Assembly: GCA_963787835.1 (NCBI GenBank)
Contig: CAWBEI010000002.1
Coordinates: 149,859-213,858 of the forward strand
DNA: 64,000 bases
Source of the DNA: Ignavibacteriota bacterium
Lineage (GTDB): Bacteria; Bacteroidota; Ignavibacteria; Palsa-1295
Reading direction: 5' to 3'
Shown: piece by piece, positions 25,241 to 35,347 of the stretch
Position numbering within the stretch: the stretch's first letter is position 1
How the letters are laid out: each line of letters begins with the position of its first letter
The notes under the pieces: generated by a model
What the model was told of the DNA's origin: nothing
Database searches by the model: none
The model's input: the letters and a program-made list of their open reading frames with translations, nothing else
Translations under genes and position numbers: made by a program

Positions 25241-27868
25241 TTGCTCGGTAATATCGCACTCGCCTTTACGCTTACCGCCTCCGTTATGGGGATGGTATTA
25301 TACACGCTTGCTGCTCGCGGGAGAACCGAACTTACCATAGCAGCGCGTTTCGCAACACGGCTTGCGATCCTTGGCATGTTTGTTGCCTGTGGAACCCTCC
25401 TCTATTATATTTTCAATTACCATTTCGAGTTCAATTACGTCTATGAACATGTGTCTCGCAAACTGAGTAAGTTCCTGCTCTTCTCGACATTCTACGCAAG
25501 CCAGGAAGGAAGCTTTATGCTGTGGGGCTTGTGGACATCCGTCATCGCCGCATTCCTTATCGGTTACGCTCGCCGCCAGCGATATGAAGCGCATGTCATG
25601 GCGATCTTTCTCTCGGTGCTCGTTTTTATCTCGATCATGCTGCTTGCCAAAAGCCCGTTCGAGACGATTTATGCTGCAAATCCGGGTCAGGCGCCGAAAG
25701 GATTTATACCGATGGATGGCAAAGGCCTAAATCCATCGCTGGAAAATCTTTGGATCGTCATTCATCCTCCGATGTTGTTTCTAGGGTTTTCCTTGCTTGC
25801 TGTTCCATTCGCATTTGCTCTGGCTGGGCTTATCAAACGTGATTATCAGGGTTGGGTCGTAACATCGATGCCCTGGACGCTTGGAGCGGCGATGGTCTTA
25901 GGATTTGGTGTGATGCTCGGCGGATTCTGGGCGTATGAAACGCTTGGCTGGGGCGGATTCTGGGGATGGGATCCCGTCGAGAACGCAAGCTTGCTTCCCT
26001 GGCTGATCACAGTAGCGGCCGCACATTCGATGCTCACACAAAAGCGAACCGGCGGCCTCATTAGAACGAACATTGCGCTCACACTTCTTGCGTATGCGCT
26101 CGTGTTATATGGCTCATTCCTGACCCGCTCCGGCGTACTTGGCGATGCCAGCGTACACTCGTTCGCCGATCCCGGCAATCTTGCATTTACATTGCTGGTT
26201 GGTGCATTAGCAGTCTTTATTCTTGTCCCTTTCGGAATTTTCTTCTGGCGATGGCGCGAAATGTCGGGCTTTGCTCAGGATTATAAGATCCTCTCTCGCG
26301 AAACCGGACTTTCCATTGCATCTGCGCTATTGGGCGCGAGCGCTCTCGTTGTTTTTATTGGCACGAGCGCTCCGTTGCTGAAGAAAAAAGTCGAGACCGA
26401 TTTCTATAACAATCTCCACATTCCGCTCATCACCGTTTTACTACTTGTAAACGGACTTTCCTTGCTGCTGAAGTGGCGTCAATCGAGCTGGAACGAAGTT
26501 GTGAAAAAATCGATCACGGCATTGATTGCCTCTGCGGTATTTACCATTGGCGTGGTATTCATGGGTGTTCACGACCCAAAATATGTTGCCGTTTGTGCGG
26601 CAGCATTCTTTGCGCTATTTGTTAATCTTGAAATCGGCTGGAAGATCCTTCGGGGTCATTGGCGCTTTTCCTTCGAGCGTTCTGCTCCCACCCGGCACGA
26701 TTATGTTCGGCGGCTTTCCACTGCGCTTGGCATTACCCTGCTTCTTGGGCTGATCGCTCTGCTTGTCAGCACTGCTGGCGATTACAATCTCTTTGGAGTA
26801 GCCATTGCTCAATATTGGCCATATTTAGCGATCCTCTTTGCGGCGCTTCTGACTGCATTTGTTCTCGCAGGTTATCCAAAATTTATTTTCGACACGAAAT
26901 TTCTTGGGGCCTATGTTGCACATGTCGGGCTGGCCGTTTTCGTGATCGGCGTCATTGCGGCAAATGGTTATACCAAACGGGATTTTATCACTCTGCCGAT
27001 CCACAAACCGGTTCCGGCGTTCAATGGCAAATACACACTGACATTCCGTGGCACCGAGGAAGCTCCAAACGAGCACAGCTACTTCATTATCAATATCGCC
27101 GATAAAAACGGTTATGCCGGAACCGCAAGACCATTGTGGTTCATGACGGACTTTAACCAGCATCAGTCACCCATTGCTAATCCCGGAATTGTGAAGTACG
27201 CGTCCCGCGATCTCTACTTTACCGTCATGGCGAACGAACTGGAAGGCGGAGTTCCCAAGGACACGCTTGGCAAGCTTCAGGAAGCGACCGTCCTCGATGG
27301 CAAGCTCAAGATAAAATTTATCAACTTCGATTTTCCACAGTCCGAGCGAACGAAGATGCTGTCACAGCAGCCCTTTCACGTCAAAGGGACTGTCGTTGCC
27401 AGCACGGAAGCAAAACCCGCAGGCGACACGCTCATTTTGGGCGTGACACGCAATCCTGTTACTGACGAAGCGCAGGAAGACGACGTACTCGTTCCGGGCA
27501 CCAGCTTTCATGTTCAGTTGGGGCAGTTAATGCCGGACATGCAGAATCCTGCGAATTCCAAAGTCGTATTACGATATTTCGACGATCAGCACCTGCCTCC
27601 TGCGCCGACGGAAGTTGTAACCGTCGAAGCATTTGTAAAGCCTTATATCAATCTGGTATGGGGCGGGATTCTCACGCTGGTGCTTGGCTTTGGGTTCTCA
27701 GTGATGCGCCGTCGCCGTGAGGCACTCGTCGCGATCGACCGTGCAGAGCGCGTGTACGAAAAACTTCTGGCAAGCGACCATTCCAGAATGATCCCGGATG
27801 CGCCCGCTCTGGCCAGAAAAACCGACGCTCCGTTGTTAACGAAAAAGAAATACGACAAAAGGGCGTAA
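25241..27868 (+). CDS. ccmF: cytochrome c-type biogenesis protein CcmF-like (WWD domain), long form
   Basis: The WWD motif WAYETLGWGGFWGWDPVENASLLPW is present. There are multiple TM helices. Length is 875 aa with a C-terminal extension. Confidence 0.8.
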   Translation: MLGNIALAFTLTASVMGMVLYTLAARGRTELTIAARFATRLAILGMFVACGTLLYYIFNYHFEFNYVYEHVSRKLSKFLLFSTFYASQEGSFMLWGLWTSVIAAFLIGYARRQRYEAHVMAIFLSVLVFISIMLLAKSPFETIYAANPGQAPKGFIPMDGKGLNPSLENLWIVIHPPMLFLGFSLLAVPFAFALAGLIKRDYQGWVVTSMPWTLGAAMVLGFGVMLGGFWAYETLGWGGFWGWDPVENASLLPWLITVAAAHSMLTQKRTGGLIRTNIALTLLAYALVLYGSFLTRSGVLGDASVHSFADPGNLAFTLLVGALAVFILVPFGIFFWRWREMSGFAQDYKILSRETGLSIASALLGASALVVFIGTSAPLLKKKVETDFYNNLHIPLITVLLLVNGLSLLLKWRQSSWNEVVKKSITALIASAVFTIGVVFMGVHDPKYVAVCAAAFFALFVNLEIGWKILRGHWRFSFERSAPTRHDYVRRLSTALGITLLLGLIALLVSTAGDYNLFGVAIAQYWPYLAILFAALLTAFVLAGYPKFIFDTKFLGAYVAHVGLAVFVIGVIAANGYTKRDFITLPIHKPVPAFNGKYTLTFRGTEEAPNEHSYFIINIADKNGYAGTARPLWFMTDFNQHQSPIANPGIVKYASRDLYFTVMANELEGGVPKDTLGKLQEATVLDGKLKIKFINFDFPQSERTKMLSQQPFHVKGTVVASTEAKPAGDTLILGVTRNPVTDEAQEDDVLVPGTSFHVQLGQLMPDMQNPANSKVVLRYFDDQHLPPAPTEVVTVEAFVKPYINLVWGGILTLVLGFGFSVMRRRREALVAIDRAERVYEKLLASDHSRMIPDAPALARKTDAPLLTKKKYDKRA

Positions 27869-27898
27869 AACCCGTTTGCAAAGTGTTGGAAGCCGGAT

Positions 27899-27937
27899 TC
27901 GTCGAAAGATGGAGCCGGTTTTTTTGTGCCCAATCAT
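27899..27937 (+). terminator. candidate rho-independent terminator after ccmF
   Basis: A GC stem (aagccgg…ccggttt) is followed by TTTTTTT. Confidence 0.35.
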
Positions 27938-27980
27938 TAGTCACATTTTTTTCGCAAACGGAGGTTTGCGCTACACATAG

Positions 27981-29732
27981 ATGAGCATCGTACGCGACGT
28001 TTTTAGCCTTCCACGCCGCCTCAGTTATGCCGACCTTGTCGTCTTTGGCATCTTTGGTGGCCTGATGTATTGGCTTGTGCTTGTTTCGCGTGAATGGTCG
28101 CAAGCCATCCAGCCGCACACGGTTATTCATTCCGAGTTCACCTACCTTCCGCTCTATACACTGTATTCACTTTCCCGTGGCTTAGGCGCGTACATTATTT
28201 CTCTCCTATTTACGATCGCCTATGGCTACGTGATGGCGCATTCGAAGCGTGCAGAGAAAGCGATGCTTTCGCTTCTCGACATTTTGCAGAGCGTCCCGAT
28301 CGTCGCGTTCCTCCCGGAACTCGTGACCGTATTCGTGCTTCTTTTTCCGAACTCCTACGTCGGTCTCGAGATCGCTTCGGTCATCACGATCTTCACCGGA
28401 CAGGTCTGGAATATGACCTTTGCCTTTTACCATTCGATCAAGGCCATCCCGCAGGATTTGAAAGATGCCACGGAAAGTTATCACCTCACGAAACGCGAAA
28501 CGCTGCGGCGTCTTGAATTGCCCGCAAGCGCCATTCCACTGATCTGGAATTCGATGATGTCCATGGCAGGTGGGTGGTTCTTTCTCTCGTTGAGTGAAGC
28601 ATTTACCGTCGGAGGCAAGGATTTCCGGCTGCCGGGTATCGGAAGCTACATGGCCCAGGCCGTGGAGCAAGGCAACATTCCGAGTATGATCGGTGCAATG
28701 ATCGCGATGGGACTGATGATCATTTTCCTGGACCGAGTGCTCTGGAGACCGCTCGTGATCTGGAGCAGAAAATTCAGGGTCGAGGAACTTTCAAGTGAAC
28801 CGGAAGGAAAATCTTTTGTACTCTCCATCATTCAGAGATCGGAAATGATTCAGTCCATGAACCGATGGTTCGAACGCCGGCGTCGCGACAAGGCCGGTGC
28901 CACCGACGCTTCGTACCTCGCAACGAAAGAAGCCCTCAGCCATGACGCGTTCGATCAAAAGGTCGAGACCGACACTCCGTTCCGAAAAGCGGTCGGGGTC
29001 GCGCTGGCCGTCATCGTGTTAGGACTGCTCGCCTATGGTGTGTTCCGGTTGTATTTGATTTTTACTCAAGAGGTGACGGCCGCGGAATGGCTGGACATTC
29101 TCAGCGATTCCTTCCTCACACTTCTTCGGGTAATGGCTGCGCTCGCCATTGGCGCTGCGTGGGCTGTGCCTGCGGGCATTATGATCGGCATGAATGCAAA
29201 ATGGTCCCACCGATTACAACCGGTGGTGCAATTCATGTCGTCGTTTCCTGCACCGCTGGTATTTCCGATCTTCATTCTGATATTTCGAGAATGGGGCATT
29301 TCGATCGAGTATGGTTCCATCGTACTCATGCTGCTCGGCACACAATGGTATCTGCTCTTCAATGTCATTGGAGGTGCGAGCGCGATCCCAACCGACTTGC
29401 AGGAAATGTCAGCCAGTTACCGTATTACGAAGAAGTCGCTCTGGAAAAAACTACTATTACCGGCGGTTTTTCCCTCAGTGGTTACCGGGGCGATCACCGC
29501 AGCTGGCGGCGCGTGGAATGCGAGCATCGTGGCCGAGTTCGTTGAGTACCACCATAACACCTATGCGGCACACGGTATCGGAGCCTTGCTTCAGAAAGCA
29601 TTTGAAGACGGGCATTATGCACTGCTTGGCGCAGGTATCTTTGCGCTCTGCCTCATGGTCATTTGCCTCAATAAATTTGTCTGGCGCAAACTCTTCGCGA
29701 TCGCGCAGGATAGGTTTGCGTTGAACGTATAG
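27981..29732 (+). CDS. ABC transporter permease with two fused BPD-type transmembrane domains (ThiP/FbpB-like)
   Basis: Two EAA-loop-like segments are present (…TESYHLTKRETLRRLELPASAIPLI… and …SASYRITKKSLWKKLLLPAVFPSVV…). Confidence 0.6.
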   Translation: MSIVRDVFSLPRRLSYADLVVFGIFGGLMYWLVLVSREWSQAIQPHTVIHSEFTYLPLYTLYSLSRGLGAYIISLLFTIAYGYVMAHSKRAEKAMLSLLDILQSVPIVAFLPELVTVFVLLFPNSYVGLEIASVITIFTGQVWNMTFAFYHSIKAIPQDLKDATESYHLTKRETLRRLELPASAIPLIWNSMMSMAGGWFFLSLSEAFTVGGKDFRLPGIGSYMAQAVEQGNIPSMIGAMIAMGLMIIFLDRVLWRPLVIWSRKFRVEELSSEPEGKSFVLSIIQRSEMIQSMNRWFERRRRDKAGATDASYLATKEALSHDAFDQKVETDTPFRKAVGVALAVIVLGLLAYGVFRLYLIFTQEVTAAEWLDILSDSFLTLLRVMAALAIGAAWAVPAGIMIGMNAKWSHRLQPVVQFMSSFPAPLVFPIFILIFREWGISIEYGSIVLMLLGTQWYLLFNVIGGASAIPTDLQEMSASYRITKKSLWKKLLLPAVFPSVVTGAITAAGGAWNASIVAEFVEYHHNTYAAHGIGALLQKAFEDGHYALLGAGIFALCLMVICLNKFVWRKLFAIAQDRFALNV

Positions 29733-29733
29733 C

Positions 29734-30731
29734 TTATTTTTCCCGCTCGATAACATAATGAGCGAAATTCAGAAGCGCTTCTCGCGCTTCTGATTCTGGA
29801 AAGACCATCAGCGCTTCGCAGCCTCTGTTCACATGTTCTTCCGCTTTTGCGCGAGCATAGGCAATGCTTCCGTTCGACGAAACGAAATCCATTACTTCCT
29901 GATAGGATTCTTTTGCCGCTTTACCATTTTTTACCAGTCCAATGATCCGCTTCCTTTGACTTTTATCGACCTTCGAGAGCGCATGAATGATCGGGAGTGT
30001 TAACTTTTTCTCTTTTAGGTCTGCTTCCGCAGGTTTGCCGGTCTTGCCATTCAAAGACTCAAATCCGAAGAGATCGTCGCGAATTTGAAAGGCGATACCA
30101 ACCCCTTCGCCATAATTTTGCAAAGCATCGCGAAATACCTTCCCCTGCCCTTCTGATTTATCGGGATAGATACTGGCGGCGCCAAGTTCGCAACAGGTAC
30201 TGATCAGTGAAGCCGTCTTATCTGCTATGATCCGGAAATAGGCTGCTTCATCAATATTAAGCTGACGTGCTTTTTGCAATTGGTACAGTTCCCCTTCCGA
30301 CATTCTTCGAACAGCGTTCGAGGTGATCTCCAAAAAATGATACTCATTGGTCTTCACGGTTCGGAGCAAACCCTGCGCGAGAAGATAGTCGCCCATCAGA
30401 ACGCCTACCTTATTCTTCCACAGCGCTTTTATGCTCGCAAGCCCACGGCGTAGTTCGGAATCATCGACCACATCATCGTGAATGAGCGTCGCCGTGTGAA
30501 GCAACTCGACAAGCGTGGCAGCGCGATACGTCGCATCGTTCACTTCACCGCAGGCTTTCGCTGAAAGCAGCACCAGCATCGGGCGAAGTTGTTTGCCCTT
30601 TGTGCGAATGAGGTATTTCGCCACGAGATTTACGAGCGGGACGTCCGAGATCATCGCGCGGCGGAATTCGGCATTGAATTCCTTCATTTCGCGCTCGACT
30701 GGGCGAACGATGTCGTTGAGTTGGGACATGA
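29734..30731 (-). CDS. polyprenyl diphosphate synthase (IspB-like)
   Basis: The FARM motif LIHDDVVDDSELRRG and the SARM motif GIAFQIRDDLF are present. The real start is MSQLNDIVRP. The ORF extends artefactually to 30909. Confidence 0.85.
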
Positions 30732-30739
30732 ATTTCGGT

Positions 30740-31537
30740 TTATGACATAGCAGCAGCTTCGGCCTTGCGCCGCTGGCGAGCGGCGAGGGCTGTTCCGGCG
30801 ATGGAAATTTCGAAAAGTGCCCAGAGCGGGCCAAACAAGATAAGCTGCAAAATTGGATTCCCGCCCGGCGATAACACGGCTGCAATGGCAAGCAAGATGA
30901 CAATAGCATGACGGCGATAATGCCGCATGAACGTTGGAGTAAGAATTCCCAAACGCCCGAGAAAATAGGCGACTAACGGCAGTTCAAATACGATTCCGGA
31001 AAGCAATATGATCTCGAGAAATACGGAGAGATACTTATCGATCTGGATCATGTTCTGAACATTGCCGATCACAAATCCCATTGAAAAGCTGAGCACCATC
31101 GGCAGCATCACCCAATACGCAAACGCAAGCCCACACAAAAAACTGAAAACGGTAAAGAATGCGATCTGGCTTACATACTTTCTCTCTTTCTCTTTCAATC
31201 CCGGAGAAACGAATTTCCAGATCTGTATGAGCGTGTATGGGAACGAAACAATCACGCCGCCCCATAACACGATCGACATCCACACCGATAGCTGACCATA
31301 GACTTCCGTGTTCAGGAGCTTCATCGGTGGTTTGGTCTGCATCGTGGGCAGCAGGATCACGTAATCCATGATCTGATCGAAGAAGATCGCGCACAGCCCC
31401 ATCCCGACGCCGATCCCGATCACCGCGCGTACCACGACCCAGCGCAGTTCTTCGAGATGCTCCCACACGGACATCTCCTGATCGTTGCTCGGTTGTGTGT
31501 TGCTATCGTTTTCGGCCATTGTCCGCGATAAACGCAC
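30740..31537 (-). CDS. tatC: twin-arginine translocase subunit TatC
   Basis: It has 6 TM helices and a TatC-like pattern (…WEHLEELRWVVVRAVIGIGVG…). Confidence 0.8.
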   Translation of the reverse strand: MRLSRTMAENDSNTQPSNDQEMSVWEHLEELRWVVVRAVIGIGVGMGLCAIFFDQIMDYVILLPTMQTKPPMKLLNTEVYGQLSVWMSIVLWGGVIVSFPYTLIQIWKFVSPGLKEKERKYVSQIAFFTVFSFLCGLAFAYWVMLPMVLSFSMGFVIGNVQNMIQIDKYLSVFLEIILLSGIVFELPLVAYFLGRLGILTPTFMRHYRRHAIVILLAIAAVLSPGGNPILQLILFGPLWALFEISIAGTALAARQRRKAEAAAMS

Positions 31538-31620
31538 AAGTATGCGATTTCGTCACCATTTTTATGCCTAAAGTGAAAGGGCCATAGGCCCGGCCAGTTT
31601 GTAGAATGAATGCAACAAAA

Positions 31621-31680
31621 AAAGATAGCTCCGTTAGAAGCGACCTAAGGCCGCTCCTAACGGAGCTATTTGGATTCTAA
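31621..31680 (-). terminator. rho-independent terminator downstream of 31774..32427
   Basis: The hairpin tagctccgttag…ctaacggagcta is followed by a TTTTTTT run on the minus strand. Confidence 0.6.
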
Positions 31681-31773
31681 AAATACGAGGTTCTACAAAC
31701 GGGCCACGGCTACGCCGTTTATCATGCCTCCGCAACTAATCGATTTCGCTTCGAATGATCCTTATAAGAGATA

Positions 31774-32427
31774 TTATCTCGCGACAATGATTCTCCTCCA
31801 AATTGCGAATTGCTCTCCACTATCGGACTCGCCAGTAATTCGGACGAAATAAGTGCCTGTGGCAATGCTCGAGGCATCCCATTGCCAGGTCGTCGTATTC
31901 GACGAAGCGATCTCTTTGCCGAGCAGATCATAAATTCCGATCTCTGCCGTACGAACGCCGTTGGACAGGATATTGACATTATCCGTCGCAGGATTCGGAC
32001 TAATAGTAAACGAGACATTGCTCGGAAGAGCGTTCGAAACACCCGATGCTGCGACGGTACCTACTAATTGGAATGTTTTATTGCATTCGTCGCAGTACAA
32101 TGTTCCCGTAAATGTTCCAGAGGAGTTTGCGCCGGGTGTGAAAGTAATTGTAAACGTTGTCGTTCCACTCCAAGAAAAAGTGGACTGCCCATGATCGAAA
32201 GTAAATACATCCGATCCGGTGGTAATGCTAAGGGTTCCAGCATCGCCCCCGGTTCCATCAAGTACGGTCCACGTTAGGCTCTGCGAGCCTCCCGGCACGG
32301 CTGTAAATGAAGTCGGTCCAGAATACCCCACTGGGCAGGCTGTCGCTGTGCGGCTAAAAATGGATACTGAGCACAGTAGCATGAAAAATGCCGCCACTCT
32401 TAAAAACGAAGTGCGATACGTTTTCAT
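31774..32427 (-). CDS. secreted protein with T9SS-type C-terminal sorting domain (paralog 1)
   Basis: It has a signal peptide. The C-terminal ~100 aa are nearly identical to the neighbour (…TGTYFVRITGESDSGEQFAIWRRIIVAR). Confidence 0.6.
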   Translation of the reverse strand: MKTYRTSFLRVAAFFMLLCSVSIFSRTATACPVGYSGPTSFTAVPGGSQSLTWTVLDGTGGDAGTLSITTGSDVFTFDHGQSTFSWSGTTTFTITFTPGANSSGTFTGTLYCDECNKTFQLVGTVAASGVSNALPSNVSFTISPNPATDNVNILSNGVRTAEIGIYDLLGKEIASSNTTTWQWDASSIATGTYFVRITGESDSGEQFAIWRRIIVAR

Positions 32428-32494
32428 ATTTATTTTTGTAACAAAAAGTGAATAAAACCACTAAATTCGCTCTGTATGGTTTTTATGAGAGGCA

Positions 32495-33139
32495 TTATCT
32501 CGCAATAATGATTCTCCTCCAAATTGCGAATTGCTCTCCACTATCGGACTCGCCTACAATTCGGACGAAATAAGTGCCCGTTGCAATGCTTGAGGCATCC
32601 CATGTCCAGGTGGTCGTATTCGACGAAGCGACCTCTTTGCCGAGCAGGTCGTAAATTCCGATCTCTGCAGTACGAACGCCGCTTGATATGATGTTGATAT
32701 TATCCGTCGCAGGATTCGGACTAATAGTAAACGAGACGTTGCTTGGAAGAGCGTTCGCGACTCCCGCTGCTGCTACAGTGCCTACTAATTCGTATGTATG
32801 GCCGCAACCGCAGGTTATTGATCCACTATATGTTCCGGAGGCGTTTGCGCCTGGTGTGAAGGTAACCGTAAAAGTAGTCGAATCATCATAACTGAGCGGC
32901 ATTTGGCTAAGGGTAAATACATCCGATCCGGCGGTTATCTTTACCCACATTAAATCCGTTCCTGCGAAAGAGTACGCTGTCCAGGTCTGGCTATGCGAGC
33001 CTCCGGGTGCGGCAGTAAATGATGTCGGTCCGCTAATCCCATCTGGGCAAGCTATTGCGTTCCGGCTAACAATACATGTCAAGCACAACAGCATCAAAAA
33101 AACCGACACACTCAAAAATGAAGTACGGTAAGTGTTCAT
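32495..33139 (-). CDS. secreted protein with T9SS-type C-terminal sorting domain (paralog 2)
   Basis: It is a tandem paralog. The 3' ~330 bp are ~92% identical to paralog 1 at the DNA level. Confidence 0.6.
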   Translation of the reverse strand: MNTYRTSFLSVSVFLMLLCLTCIVSRNAIACPDGISGPTSFTAAPGGSHSQTWTAYSFAGTDLMWVKITAGSDVFTLSQMPLSYDDSTTFTVTFTPGANASGTYSGSITCGCGHTYELVGTVAAAGVANALPSNVSFTISPNPATDNINIISSGVRTAEIGIYDLLGKEVASSNTTTWTWDASSIATGTYFVRIVGESDSGEQFAIWRRIIIAR

Positions 33140-33353
33140 GTTTTTTCGTAAAAAAGTGAATAAATATACCTAAAACACTTTAAGCAAACGCATCCCTTAG
33201 TACAAAGTTGCAGCTTTTTAGGGTAAATCGGAGTGCATACCGGACTGCTCTCGATCCTGTGAGGATTAGGAGATGAAGATGTCAGACATGGCGAGATCGG
33301 ATCACAACTATACGGCTGACCGCCCGGCTTTAGGCCTGAACTAAGCAGCATGA

Positions 33354-34640
33354 TTAGGCATAAAGCGGGAACCGGCTCGTAAGCCGTTTCACTTCTTCCC
33401 GAACCCCGGCAATCAATGTCGCATCCGTAGGATTTGAAACTACTCGGTCTATCATTTCTGCGATCACATCCATTTCGGCCTCTTTCATTCCGCGCGTAGT
33501 AACGGCCGAAGTGCCAATCCGAATACCGCTTGTGACAAGCGCTGGTTTATCGTCATACGGAACGGCATTTTTGTTTACTGTGATGGCGGCTTTGTCCAAT
33601 GCTTCCTCAGCAGATTTGCCGGTAATATTCTTCCCACGCAGATCGGCAAGCATCAAGTGATTGTCCGTGCCTCCTGAAATAATATAAAATCCCCGCTTCA
33701 CGAGTTCCGATGCGAGACGTTTCGCATTACGAATGACCTGTGCGCCATATTCGGTAAAACTATCTTCGAGCGCTTCACCAAACGCCACGGCCTTTGCGGC
33801 AATAACGTGCATCAGCGGACCGCCCTGTATCCCTGGCATCACGGTGGAATCAATAATTTCGGAAACCATCTTCGTGCGTCCTGATTTTGGCGCAACTGAT
33901 CCCCAGGTGTTCTCGAAATCTTTCCCGAGCAGAATCAGTCCCCCGCGCGGGCCGCGAAGCGTTTTATGGGTCGTCGATGCGACAACATGGCAATACAGAA
34001 GCGGGCTGGTGAGATGGCCTTTAGCAATCAGGCCGGCAGGATGTGCCATATCACAAAAGAGAAATGCGCCGACAGAATCGGCGATCTCACGGAAACGCTT
34101 GAAATCCATGTCGCGCGAGTAAGCGCTTGCTCCGACCGTGATCATTTTCGGCTTGACTTCATGCGCTTTTCGTTCGACGTCCTCATAATCGATGTATCCG
34201 GTTTCTTTCGAGACGCCATAGGCATGGAATTCATACAGTTGGCCAGAAAAATTCGCTGGATGACCGTGCGTGAGATGTCCACCGTGGGAAAGATTCATTC
34301 CCAATACACGATCTCCCGGTTTTAGGAAGGTAAAATAGACCGCCATGTTTGCCTGGGAACCGGAATGGGGCTGAACGTTCGCATATTCTGCGCCAAAAAG
34401 TTTTTTCACACGATCTCGCGCCAGGTTTTCTACAACATCCGCGAACTCGCACCCGCCATAATACCGCTTGCCGGGATATCCCTCTGCATATTTATTGGTA
34501 AGCACGCTTCCCTGCGCCTGCATCACGGCAGCGGAAGTGAAATTCTCGCTCGCGATGAGTTCCAGTCCGTGCTGCTGTCGTTCGAGTTCCTGTTCGATGG
34601 TGTGGAATACTTCGTTATCGTACATTGGATTCAAGTTCAT
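33354..34640 (-). CDS. glyA: serine hydroxymethyltransferase
   Basis: Full-length SHMT with PLP-lysine context (…[13 protein letters not shown]…). Confidence 0.95.
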   Translation of the reverse strand: MNLNPMYDNEVFHTIEQELERQQHGLELIASENFTSAAVMQAQGSVLTNKYAEGYPGKRYYGGCEFADVVENLARDRVKKLFGAEYANVQPHSGSQANMAVYFTFLKPGDRVLGMNLSHGGHLTHGHPANFSGQLYEFHAYGVSKETGYIDYEDVERKAHEVKPKMITVGASAYSRDMDFKRFREIADSVGAFLFCDMAHPAGLIAKGHLTSPLLYCHVVASTTHKTLRGPRGGLILLGKDFENTWGSVAPKSGRTKMVSEIIDSTVMPGIQGGPLMHVIAAKAVAFGEALEDSFTEYGAQVIRNAKRLASELVKRGFYIISGGTDNHLMLADLRGKNITGKSAEEALDKAAITVNKNAVPYDDKPALVTSGIRIGTSAVTTRGMKEAEMDVIAEMIDRVVSNPTDATLIAGVREEVKRLTSRFPLYA

Positions 34641-34646
34641 TAGAAT

Positions 34647-34774
34647 GTCATTCTGAGCGGAGCAAACCGTAGCGACAGCGAAGGTTTGCGAACTCGAAGA
34701 ATCTCTTGAACTGCCAGAGATCCTTCGACTCCGTTCGCCCCTCCTTCTTCGGGACGAACTACGCTCAGGATGAC
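34647..34774. repeat. REP-like palindromic element family 1, copy B
   Basis: It has the form GTCATTCTGAGCGGAGCAAACCGTAGCG…CGCTCAGGATGAC. It is intergenic between glyA and rpiB. Confidence 0.8.
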
Positions 34775-34802
34775 ATGCATCCTGAAACAGATTCTTGCTG
34801 TT

Positions 34803-35240
34803 TTAATGATCGCCGCTCATCATTTTTTGAATTCTTGCGATATGTCTTCCTCCTTCGAATGAAGTCGATAGCCAAATCTCTACGATGTTGAGTGCTATTT
34901 CCTGCGAGATCATACGTTCCCCCAAAGAGAGCACATTTGCATCGTTATGGCGGCGTGAAGCGCTCGCCGTTTCGTCATTCCAACAAAGCGCGCACCGCAC
35001 GCCATGCACTTTATTCGCTACCATCGCCTCGCCGTTCCCGGAACCTCCCAACACGATGCCTCGCTCGCATTCGCCATTAGCAACGGATTCGGCGGCTGGG
35101 CGTATGAAGTCAGGATAGTCCACCGGAGCCGTGCTGGACGTGCCAAAATCCTTCACGGTATGACCGGCTGCGATCAGCCACGATTTGATGGCCTCCTTGT
35201 AGGTAAAACCAGCATGGTCGCTGGCGATGGCAATGGTCAT
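34803..35240 (-). CDS. rpiB: ribose-5-phosphate isomerase B (RpiB/LacAB family)
   Basis: 145 aa. The pattern MTIAIASDHAGF…GIVLGGSGNGEAMVANK is present. Confidence 0.8.
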   Translation of the reverse strand: MTIAIASDHAGFTYKEAIKSWLIAAGHTVKDFGTSSTAPVDYPDFIRPAAESVANGECERGIVLGGSGNGEAMVANKVHGVRCALCWNDETASASRRHNDANVLSLGERMISQEIALNIVEIWLSTSFEGGRHIARIQKMMSGDH

Positions 35241-35347
35241 GGGGAAATTATGAATGATAATTTATGAATGATGAAATTAGGATTGAAAAAAATGGCAGTT
35301 GTGATATTATGATGTGTTCGAAGTCACCATTCATCATTTATAATTCA

